The position numbers were made by a program, and so were the translations under genes. Below, piece by piece: positions 18,795-31,266 of a DNA stretch of 32,000 bases. Location of the stretch: sequence record CP166271.1. The stretch is one strand, 5' to 3'. A model generated the notes under the pieces. It was not told the DNA's origin, did not search any database, and saw only the letters and a list, made by a program, of their open reading frames with translations. Every line of letters starts with the position of its first letter. Position 1 is the stretch's first letter.

Positions 18795-20570
18795 CTATTC
18801 CCGTGCAATTTCCACTACACGAACCATATTTCGACTTAACACCAATTAAAGTCACGCATACGAAAATCTTCCATAAAAATTTTTAGAAATAATTATCTAA
18901 ATTAAAATTGTATAAAAACTAAACTTATTGCACACACTTTTTTCAGCGCCTGACGAGTAGTTAGTACCTATCTGAGAGTAATTTCACCGTGACGTGGTGA
19001 TTCACGATTACTAGTAATTCCTTTTTCATATAGTCGAGTTTCAGACTACAATCCATTTTTATCCTATTTTAATTAGATTAGCTCAAATTCACATTATCGC
19101 ATCATTTTGTATAGGAAAATGTGGCACGTCTATAGCCCACAACATTTAGGCCATGATGACTTGTATTAGTCCCTATTTATACAATTTTCCATTATAGATG
19201 TTTGTACTACTTTATTGTTATTTTCAACTAAAGTAAGGGTTTCCGTTAATTTAAGGAGCTATCCAAATCTCACGACATTAACTGCAGACAGCCATGCAAC
19301 ACTTGTAATATCATAGTTGATAATATTCAAGTTGTGGTAAGGTTTTTCGCGTAATTACGAATTAAATAACATACTTCACTACTGGTTTCAGAAACGGTCT
19401 AATGATTTCAGTTCCTGCGTTGCCGCATTACTCTTGAGGTGAAATGCTTACACTTTCATTTATAGACTAAATTATTATCTAACCTATGGCATTCATCATT
19501 TTCTGCAAGGACTACTAGGGTATCTAATCCTGTTCGCTACCCAAGCCTTCGTTCCTCAACGTCAGTTATTAAATAAAAGGTTGCTTTCGCCTTTACCAGT
19601 CGTTATGGTATCAACGAATTTCAACTCTACTCCATAAATACTCACCTCCTTACATATAACTCTAGATTATTCGTATCCTATTAAAGACTAAATAAACCGT
19701 CTAGGTACCCTTTAAACCTATTAAAGATGAATAACACTAGTCTTTTACATCTTACCGCGACTGCTGGCATGTATTTTGGTCAAGACTTATAGATAGTTTT
19801 TTGTCATAATCATATTATCACTATCTAGAATTTTACTCAATAAAATTGACGATACACTGTTTACCCATATTATTGAGCAATTAATATATAGACTAATAAC
19901 ATTCGGTTAAGAATGTTTCCCCTTTTAGATTATTATTCTATCCAGGGTGCTTTTTTAGTATTTATAATTTTATATAAAATTATAAATATTACAAATACTT
20001 AGATAAAAGTATTTGTAGCATAAAAAAAGCTTAAAGATCTCACCTTTAAGTCTATTTGAATAAAACAAAAAATTTTGTTTTAAGCAACTGAATAAAAAGA
20101 TCTATAAAGATTTCTTTTATTCAAACAATGTAACTAATTAACTAAATAACCTTTCATTCCTCTAAGTTGCTGGTTCAGCCGTTAGGCTATTGACCAATAT
20201 TCCCCACTGCTGTACTAAACGTATTGGGGTTTTTTCAGACCCAATGTGGTCGATCGACCTCTCAGCCTCGACTACGGAATTTTAGGCTAGTTAAACCATT
20301 ACTTTAACAACTACCTATCCGAAATATTTATAGTCCTCCTAAAGCGAAAAATTTTTATAAAAATTTTATATATTTTCTTTATATATGCTTTATACCATAC
20401 ACTATAAGGTATTTATGAACCTTACTTTAAGGCCGGCAAAAATATTATATACTCACCTGTACACCACTTCTAATAAAATATGTTATATATTAAATTAGAC
20501 GTTCGATTAGCATGTGTCAAGCACTTAGACAGCGTTCATTCAGAGCCATCATCAAACTCATTCAATTATT
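18795..20570 (-). rRNA. rns: Small-subunit ribosomal RNA (ends approximate), with an expanded V3-like region.
   Basis: Minus-strand motifs are AATTGAATGAGTTTGATGATGGCTCTGAATGAACGCTG (5' end, ~20530-20567), GCAGCAGTGGGGAATATTGG (~20205), GCCAGCAGTCGCGGTAA (~19755-19771) and AAGTCGAAATATGGTTCGTGTAGTGGAAATTGCACGGGAAT (3' end, ~18797-18837). Confidence 0.92.
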
Positions 20571-20769
20571 TGGTGTAAAAAATTTTTTTTGATTTCTACA
20601 CCATTACTGTCGAAATTTTAGAATATATTTTTGTAAAAAATTATTTTCTAAAACATTTTTAATCTAACCACATACAAAAATGTTTTAGTTTAAACTGATT
20701 CTATTATTAATAAATAATTTTTTTATTAATAAGTAATACGCTATAGAGTTAATAGTATAATTTATACTA

Positions 20770-22461
<1,692 letters not shown>

Positions 22462-22673
22462 GAAAAAGTATTTTTTTTATCAGGGAGTGTGTAAAACTAC
22501 CCCCTAAACGCAAAGTTTTTTGTTTTAAATTATTTATAAAAAATCTTTATTAAACTTTGGTAAATATAAATTTAATTTATATATATGTGTATGTTATTAA
22601 TAATGATAAAATAATTAAATAAAAATTTAATAAAATTAAGCAAAAATATTATATAATAAGGGCTATACCAATA

Positions 22674-22742
22674 AAAGAAGAAAAAGATTTGAACTTTTAT
22701 ATATACTTATTACATAGTGCTTTACCTTTAAGCAATCTTCTC
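22674..22742 (-). other. tRNA-like element X2, a paralogue of X1, located between cob and cox1. Its anticodon loop is not canonical.
   Basis: Minus strand reads GAGAAGA-TT-GCTTAAAGGTAAAGC-ACTATGTAATAAGTATATAT-AAAAGTTCAAATCTTTT-TCTTCTT. It matches X1 at 25 of the first 28 nt and 23 of the last 24 nt. No fold gives U33 plus a 7-nt loop. Confidence 0.6.
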
Positions 22743-23002
22743 TTTTATATACATTACTATGATTATTTTATTGTTCAATAAAAAAGTTTTTATTGAAGTT
22801 TATTTATATATAATATTGAATAATTAAATATATTAGTTAATTAAAGGCTTTATCTAAAAAAAATACTTTATAGTCTTCTCCTTTATTTCTCTCTATTAAA
22901 GAGGATTTTTTTGTTTTACTTATAAAACATAAAGTTTATAATTACATAATATAAAATATTATTAAGCTCTTTATATTTATTATTGAATATGTTTAAATTT
23001 TA

Positions 23003-24169
23003 TTATTTAAACTGATTAAATTTAGTTAATTCAATTAAACTATTTTCTAATAAACTAATAACAGGTACTATTACTAAAAAATGTGCAAAATAAATAACAG
23101 TACTTATTTGTCCAAATTCAATAAATGGAGATTCAACGTGTTTAGCTCCTAAAACCATTAATAATAAAAAGTTTGCAATAAATATATAGAAAGCTATTTT
23201 ACTTAAGGGTCTAAATTGTATACCTCTACTTCTACTTAAATCTGTAAATGGCATAGCTAATAAGATTAATATAGCACTAAACATAGCAATAACACCTAGT
23301 AATTTATTAGGTATACTTCTTAATATAGCGTAGAAAGGTAAAAGATATCACTCAGGTACAATGGCAGGTGGAGTTTGCATAGGGTTAGCCATAACATAGT
23401 TTTCACTGTCACCTAAAGCATTAGGCATAAAGAATACAAATAAACTTAAAACTATAATAAATATGAAAATAGTAATTAAATCTTTAAATAAGAAATAAGG
23501 AGCAAAAGGTAATCTATCATAATTACCAGATACACCTAAAGGATTACCTGAACCTGCACTATCATGTAATGCAATTAAGTGCATTAAAGCTAGTGCGGCT
23601 AAAACAAAAGGTAGTACAAAATGTAAAGCAAAGAATCTATTTAAAGTAGCATTATTAACAGAAAAACCACCTCATATAAATTCAACAATATCTTGTCCAA
23701 CTCATGGTATAGCACTCATAAGATTAGTAATAACTGTAGCACCTCATAAACTCATTTGACCATATGGTAATACATAACCTAGGAAACCTGTAGCCATCAT
23801 GAGTAAGAATATTACTGTACCTATAGTCCATACTAATGTTCTAGGTGATCTGTATGATCCGTAATATAAACCTCTACCTATATGTAGATAAACCAAAAAG
23901 AAAAAAGCTGAAGCTGTATTACTGTGTAAATAACGTATTAATCATCCATTATTTACATCACGCATGATATGTTCTACTGAATTAAACGCTTCTAGTACAC
24001 TAGGATTGTAATGCATAGCTAAAGTTACACCTGTAATTATTTGTATAACTAGACAAACAGCTAATAATGAACCAAAATTTCATAAATAACTTAAGTTAGA
24101 TGGTTGTGATGAATCAATTATATAGGAATTAACTAACTTTAATAGGGGATGACTTTTTAAAATTCTCAT
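23003..24169 (-). CDS. cob: Apocytochrome b, intact and intron-less (388 codons plus stop).
   Basis: The 1167 nt are in one frame under code 4. The protein reads [37 protein letters not shown]...[26 protein letters not shown]... Confidence 0.95.
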
Positions 24170-24189
24170 TTTTTTTTTTGATTTTTTTT
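24170..24189 (-). promoter_or_regulatory. A8-TC-A10 leader motif (plus strand T10-GA-T8) abutting the cob ATG.
   Basis: Exact 20-nt match to 27917-27936 upstream of cox2. A partial copy (T8-GA-TTT) lies at 20583-20595, just upstream of the rns 5' end. Confidence 0.4.
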
Positions 24190-24303
24190 ATTTTTTAAAT
24201 GTCAAAAAGGGGGATAATATAAATATATATGTTAATATATTCGTTATCTAATAAGTTAAATTAAACTATACTATAAATAAAAAACTATATTTAAAAATAG
24301 TTT

Positions 24304-24389
24304 TAGGAAGAAAAGGACTTGAACCTTTGACAATGATTAATCATTGATTTTTAATATAAATCCGTCATACCTACAAACGGAACCTTCCC
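24304..24389 (-). other. trnY paralogue X3 with replaced anticodon and variable arms. Its formal anticodon is AUU. It is a possible pseudo-tRNA or processing element between nad5 and cob.
   Basis: The 5' 27 nt (GGAAGGTTCCGTTTGTAGGTATGACGG) and the 3' 23 nt (AAGGTTCAAGTCCTTTTCTTCCT) are identical to trnY at 18680-18765. The anticodon stem is GATTT/AAATC with loop ATATTAA. A new 5-bp variable-arm hairpin is AATGA/TCATT. Confidence 0.6.
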
Positions 24390-24538
24390 CTTTTTTTATT
24401 AGTGCTAATACCCTAATTCATAGGGTATAGTCTATTAATACTATTTTGTTTAAAATATTTTAAACAAAGTAAAAATTAACTTTTGTTTTTAAATATACTT
24501 ATTGTAAAATATTTTTCTTTTTATTAAAAATATTAGAA

Positions 24539-26575
24539 CTATTTACTATTGATTATATTTGTATTTTTTACACCATGGAAATCTACTAAAGTAGTTAAGG
24601 ATAACATAATTAATATAAGTAAACTATTTTCGGCTAATGATAAATAAGGTATTAAAACATAGAAAAGAAGACCAATTAATATATACAAAGCATAACTAGT
24701 TATTATACCTTTATCTAAATTAGCTATAGTTCTACTTAAATTTATTAAGCCTTTTTCTAAACCATATGGTCCTAATAATTCTACGCTTCCTTTATCTAAA
24801 ATTTTAGTTGTTTGACCCCTAACATTAAAACAAAATTTGTTATATATCTATTATATAATAATTCAATGAAGAAACGTTGATTAAAGAATCCGAATATATT
24901 ATAACCTAATCTAGAAAATTTAAAACTAGAAATAAATTTAGGTAAGAATTCTGAAATTATTATAGCTATAATACTAAGAGATATAGTGAAAAATAAAGGT
25001 AATAATTTAAATAAAGTAGGTACAGCAAATTCTGTGTCTAACAATATTTCATGATTAGGGTGGATAAATAGACTATTATCTGAAAAGAATACTGAACCCA
25101 ATCCAATAAATATATCTTTACTAATATAACCAAATATAATAGAAAATACAGCTAAAATGATTAAAGGTAAACTCATAAAAATATCACCTTCATGAGCTAT
25201 TTTAGTATTTAAATTTATTTTATCATTTATAGTTTGTTCATGTTTATAATTAATTAATGGCCCGTTAGGATTACTTAAAAAAGTTAAATATAAAACTTTA
25301 ACAGAATATAAAGTAGTAAACATAGCACCAATAGATGCTATAAAATAAACTACTGTACCGCTAAAATAAAATTGACCATAAGCAGATTCTAGTATAAAAT
25401 CTTTACTATAAAATCCTGTCATAAAAGGGAAAGCTACTAAACTAAGACTTGCTATTAACATTACAGAATAAGTTAAAGGTAAAAAGGTTTTAGTCCACCA
25501 TATTTTCTAAAGTCTTGGTTATCAGCAACTGCATGAATAACAGCACCTGCACCTAAAAATAACAATGCTTTATAAAAAGCATGATTTACTAAGTGAAATA
25601 AAGCTACATTATATGAAGATAGTCCTACTGCAATAACCATCATCCCTAATTGACTCATAGTAGAATAAGCGATAACTTTTTTAATATCTTGTTGGAATAA
25701 TCCAATAAGAGAGCTAAAAACAGTAGTTATAGCACCTGATCATAAACATATCATTAAAACAGTTGAACTATGTTCTATTAAAGGGCTTGTACGTATTAAT
25801 AAATACACACCAGCTGTAACCATAGTTGCAGCGTGGATTAAGGCACTAACAGGTGTGGGACCTTCCATTGCCATAGGTAATCAAACATGTAAACCAACTT
25901 GAGCACTTTTAGCCATAGCACCTATAAATAAACATATACCTATAATTGTAACTATGTCCTCATTAACAAAAGGTGCTAATGAAAATACTGTACTATAATC
26001 AAGATTACCAAATGATCAAACTATAGCAAACATACCTATAGTTAAAAAACAATCACCCACTCTATTAGTTAAGAAAGCAGACATAGAACTTTGATTTGCA
26101 GCTATTCTAGTAAACCAGAAACTTACTAAAAGATACGAACAAATTCCTACACCTTCTCATCCTACAAACATTAATAAGAAACTATTAGCTGTAACAAGTA
26201 TAATCATCATAAAGGTGAATAAACTTAAATAACTAAAAAATCTTTGATTATGGGGATCATGACTCATGTATCCTATAGAATAAATATGTACCAATGAACT
26301 AACAATTAAAACAGGTATTAACATAGATACTGTTAAACTATCAAAATGGAAACTTCATAATACATCCAGTGATTCACTATCAATTCATCTAAATAGATTT
26401 ATTGAGACAGGTATGTTATTTAAACCTACTTCAAAAAAGCTACGATTGCTAATAAAGTTGTTACAATTACACATGTACATGTAATTATTTGTGCTCCGCT
26501 AACTCCAACTTTTCTACCAAAAAAGCCGGAAACTATTGATCCTAATAATGGTAAAGTAATTATAGCTAAATACAT
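24539..26575 (-). CDS. nad5: NADH dehydrogenase subunit 5, frame broken three times at short homopolymers.
   Basis: The ATG overlaps the nad4L stop (TAATG). One base is missing at each of A6 26443-26448, A5 25481-25485 and C4 24816-24819, confirmed by coordinate arithmetic between ORF fragments. The restored protein reads ...[11 protein letters not shown]..., ...[22 protein letters not shown]... and ...[26 protein letters not shown]..., ending at TAG 24539-24541. Confidence 0.9.
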
Positions 26576-26843
26576 TATTTATATTCTATTGCGATGCTTC
26601 CTCTTAATCTATAAAATGCAACTAGAATACCTAAACCAATTGCTGATTCTGCACCAGCTATAGCTATTATGTATATAGCATACGTTTGGCCTAATATATC
26701 ATCAAAGCTAAGTGAACTTATCAATATTAAAAATGTAATAGCTAATAACATTATTTCAATTGAAATAAGCATTAATATTATATTTTTTCTATTTAATACG
26801 AAACCTATAATTCCGATTAAAAAAGTATTAAGGTTAAATTCAT
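26575..26843 (-). CDS. nad4L: NADH dehydrogenase subunit 4L, frame broken once near the 5' end.
   Basis: ATG 26841-26843 gives MNLTLILF and then stops. Adding one base to A6 26819-26824 continues [31 protein letters not shown]...[27 protein letters not shown] (89 aa). The stop at 26575-26577 overlaps the nad5 ATG by 1 nt. Confidence 0.88.
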
Positions 26844-27152
26844 TGTATATTTTTTTTTTCACAATTATATTTAAAGGCTTTATTATAAATCATTAAAGTT
26901 TATAATTTATCATTTCTTCCTTAATTTCCTTAAAGCTTCTTTTAGTTTAAGCATATAAGGGATAAGTCTGGTTATATAACCAACTAATTAGTAGTAAGAT
27001 AAAAAAATGGAAAAAACAGTAATTTAGTATTATTAATTGAAAAAACTATAGTGTATACTAGTATATGGTTTGTTATATGTTGTTTAATAGATTATTGTAA
27101 AAATTTTAGAATATAAAATATCTTAAAGATATTTTATATTTTTATAAAGGCA

Positions 27153-27911
27153 TTATTGTTCTTCTAGTCATGTAAGGAATTTTTCTATTGAAACTGATTC
27201 TATTACTATAGGCATAGAACTATGTAAAATACCACATATTTCTGAACATTGTCCATAAAATGTACCTTCTCTATTAATAAGAACAGATACTTGATTTAAT
27301 CTACCTGGGTAAGCGTCACATTTAATACCTAAAGCAGGACAAGCGAAAGAATGTATAACATCTGCTGCGGTTACTATAAATCTTACATGTGTTAATTCTG
27401 GAAGAATAACTCTATTATCTACTTCTAACATTCTTAATGCTCCATCATCTAAGTCTGATTCTGGTACTAAATAAGAATCAAATTCTATAAATTCATCATC
27501 CGAATTTAAGAAATCAGGATATTGATAACTTCAATATCATTGATGACCTTCGGCTAATACTGACATAGCTGGATCACTTACTTCATCCATTAAATATAGT
27601 AATTTAAATGAAGGGAAAGCAATTAAGATTAAAATTAATGCAGGTGTAATTGTTCATATTAATTCTATTAATGTTCCATGATTTAAATATTTATGTGATA
27701 TTGGTGATTTAACACTTGTATAATTTCTTACAATAGATATCATAATTCAACCTACACCAAATAATATAATAACTAAATAAAACATAATATTATCATGTAA
27801 TTCTACTAATCCTTCCATTTGTGGAGTAGCACTATCTTGAAAATAAAGACCTCAAGGTCTAGGGGTATCACAATTATTATAAAATATAATTGAACTTATA
27901 TAGTTTATCAT
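27153..27911 (-). CDS. cox2: Cytochrome c oxidase subunit 2, intact (252 codons plus stop).
   Basis: The 759 nt are in one frame under code 4. The sequence reads ...[22 protein letters not shown]...[26 protein letters not shown]...[17 protein letters not shown]..., ending at TAA 27153-27155. Confidence 0.95.
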
Positions 27912-27916
27912 TTATC

Positions 27917-27936
27917 TTTTTTTTTTGATTTTTTTT
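27917..27936 (-). promoter_or_regulatory. A8-TC-A10 leader motif (plus strand T10-GA-T8), 5 nt upstream of the cox2 ATG.
   Basis: Exact 20-nt match to 24170-24189 upstream of cob. Confidence 0.4.
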
Positions 27937-28136
27937 CAATAATTTAATTAAATTATTAACATAATATATTTATGTTTAATATTAATCTAAAATTGAAAAC
28001 CGTTAAATAGTGTGTACTATTATAGAATAAAATCTACAATAGTACAAAGTTTTTATAGGGATAAAATTATTTGTTATATACTTTGTTATAACAAATAATT
28101 TTTGTATGTCTTATTAAGAGATTGTTAAAGGTAATA

Positions 28137-28522
28137 TTATTGTATTTTTTTAGATTTAAATAATGTATACGTTTGTCTACTATCTATTTTTAATGCATTT
28201 TTACCCAATTCAAACGCAAATCCTAATGTTAATACTAAAAAAATATTAACATAATAACTAAACCATATATACTATTTGTATATGCACTTACTACATAAGG
28301 ATATACTAAAAGAATTTCTAAATCAAATAATAAAAATAAAAGTGCAAATATAAAAAAGAAATACTGAATTGTGTTCTATTTTGACCTAAAAGAATGAAAA
28401 CCACATTCAAAAACACTATCTTTTTCTCCGTAAGGGTTATGTGGAGCAAATATAAAATTAACTGCTAATAATATAACTGCTAATATAGGTATAAATAAAA
28501 AGAAAAAAGTAGTACTTGTCAT
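28137..28522 (-). CDS. nad3: Second (repeat) copy of nad3, with one additional 2-nt deficit relative to copy 1.
   Basis: Collinear with 50-437. The run equivalent to 301-306 is A4 here rather than A6, so no ORF appears in the track. Confidence 0.7.
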
Positions 28523-30211
28523 TTAAGAATTAAATAATATTAGCGATAATATGTTAGCCATATTAAATCACTCTTGAGGTATTAAAATAAATAAAAGTAT
28601 TACTAATGTTAAAATAGAAATAGTTATAGTTAAATAACTAGATAATTTAATATCTTTAGTACTTAAACTTAATTCCTCTATAAAAATTTCCTCTTTAGCT
28701 ACATTTGCATTCATTTTAACATTAGATAATTTTGAATTAATTACATAATCTGTTTTATCAAAATATACTTGTTTTATTATATTTAAATAATAAACAGCAC
28801 TAATTACACTAGTTAATATAGCAATTAATGTCAAGAAAATATAACCATTATCTAAAGCAGCACTTAATACCATCTGTTTTGCAAAAAATCCAATAAGAGG
28901 AGGTATACCTACAAAAGAAAATATAGTAATAGTAAAACTTAAAGATAAGACTGGGTTAATATAAAAATAACCTTTCAATTGACTTATTAATTGTATAGGT
29001 GAATTGTTTTTTTCTGGTAATTCTTTATACTCATCACTATTATTTACATAAAAATATAATGAATATCCTATACTAATTAGTATAATGAACGCATTTAAAT
29101 TACTTATTGAATATTGCATTAAATAAAATATAAATGCTTGTATTGATTCTATACTATTAATGCTTAAAGCTAATAATATAAAACCTATATGGCTTATAGT
29201 ACTAAACGCAAATAATCTTTTATTCTAGATTGAGTTAAACCTAATACTGAACCTATAATTAATGATAATAAAGAACTAACTAATAAACTAATAGTTCAAG
29301 TAAACTCAAAATTAAATAATGAATTACTTGTATAATGAACTAATTCTAATAAAAAAATAAATATAGAAATTTTAGCTACTATTGCTACAAAAGTTGTAAC
29401 TATTGTAGGTATAGCATCATAAACACCTGGAGATCAAAAATGGAATGGAGCAGCACTAATTTTAAATAAGAAACCTACACTTAATATCAATAAAGAATAA
29501 TTTATGTAGTCAGGTTTATATGAATGTAAAATATTATTATTTGTCTCATTAGCAAGATCACTTAAACTAGTAATTACATATAATCCATCCAAATTAGTTG
29601 TACCTGAATTAGAGTAAAGTAAACTACTACCCAATAATATAAAAACAAGAACTTAAACCACCTAATAAAAAATATGTAAGACCACCCGATGTTGCTAACT
29701 CTGAATTTCTGTATATTGTACTAAGTAAATACAACCCATAACTTTGTAATTCAATAGATAAAAATACTGAAACCAAATCACTAGTTGATACTAAAAAATA
29801 CTGCACCACATACAATAAATAATAGGATTAAAGGATATTCTATAATTTTGAACTGTTCTCCCATTTTATTTAATATTTTGGTTTTATTAAATAAAATTCG
29901 TATGAAAAGAGTTTGTTTATATATGAGTATTTTGTCAATCAAACTCTTCTAGGATAAAGCAGTTAATTGTATTATAAGAATACAAATAAAAAAATAAATA
30001 TCTGAAATATTTGTGTTAAACCTGTTGCATGAAATAAACCCCCGTATAAAGCAATACCTCTATTTAAAGGTGTAATAAATAAACTAGTAAAAGCATTAAA
30101 AGAAGAATATAGTAGTATAATTATAGCTGCACGGCTATATAATATAGATTTATCTCGTCTGAGAGTAACGGCGTTCGATAATAATAATAATAATATTGAA
30201 ATAATTAACAT
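28523..30211 (-). CDS. nad2: Second (repeat) copy of nad2. The C-terminal part is intact, but there are several extra frame breaks upstream.
   Basis: ORF 28568-29119 (183 aa) spans the site that is broken in copy 1. ORFs 29434-29634 and 29627-29815 are split where copy 1 is continuous. Confidence 0.7.
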
Positions 30212-30213
30212 GT

Positions 30214-30278
30214 AAAGAAGAAAAGACTTGAACTTTTATAACTAAATTTTTAGTGCTTTATCTTTAAGCTATCTTCTT
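30214..30278 (-). other. Second copy of tRNA-like element X1 (T-stem run one base shorter).
   Basis: Collinear with 2130-2195. AAGAAGAAAAGACTTG here compares with AAGAAGAAAAAGACTTG in copy 1. Confidence 0.55.
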
Positions 30279-30403
30279 AGGTTTTTTATTATTAAACCAA
30301 AATAATTTAAAGTAAAATTTTACTTTAAATTATTTTAATCCTAGGCTAATATAAACTATATTAAAAACTATCGTTTTTAATATAATTTAATCTGCCCTAT
30401 TAT

Positions 30404-31184
30404 TTAATGTAAGTCTACAGGCGTCTTTTATATATGAACTTGTTAATACCACAAAAACTTGAGCTTGTATAAATGCAATAGCTAATTCTAAAACCAGAAA
30501 ATGCTATAATAAAAGATAAAGGTATTAACCCTAAAAAGAAAAAATATAAACCCACTAGTCATAATATTATAAGTGAAACCTGATAAAATATTTAATAACA
30601 TATGTCCACTAAGAATATTGGCACCTAATCTAAGACCCAAAGAAACATTTCTAGATAAATAAGAAATAAATTCCTATTAATACTAATAAAGGTAATAAAG
30701 CCAATGGACAACCAGCAGGTACCAATAAAGAAAAGAACTCTAAACCATGTTTTTGGAATCCTATTATTGTAGCACCTAAAACTACTGTAAAACTAAGTGC
30801 AAATGTAAATGCAAAATGACTAGTTGATGCAAAGCTATAAGGTATCATACCTATTAAATTATTAATTAATATGAATACGAATAATGTATAAATAAAAGGA
30901 AAATAAATTTGTCCTTTTTTAGAGTTAATTTGATTTGTAACAATACTATGTAAAGTAGCATATATTGATTCTTGACTTATAGATCAATTATTACTTAAAA
31001 CTTTGTTATAATTAGTTGCTAAAATATTAGAAAACAATACAAATAAAGTACCTATTGTTAAATAGAAACCAATATTAGTAATAGATATGTGTAAATTACC
31101 AAATATAGGGGCATCTAAGCTTAAAAAATTTCTTATCTCGAATTGATCTAATGGACTAGTAATAAAAGTATGTAATTTTGTCAT
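30404..31184 (-). CDS. atp6: Second (repeat) copy of atp6, frame-broken by several single-base insertions.
   Basis: ORFs 30984-31184 and 30651-30848 match the copy-1 protein, then diverge. Extra C bases occur within GTCTACAGGCG and AAATTCCTATT compared with copy 1. Confidence 0.7.
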
Positions 31185-31266
31185 AATTTTTATTTTTATT
31201 TTTTAAATAATTAAAACTATTTTATATAGTGTTTAGTATAAAAGGTTAGGTAAAATCCTTTGTAAT

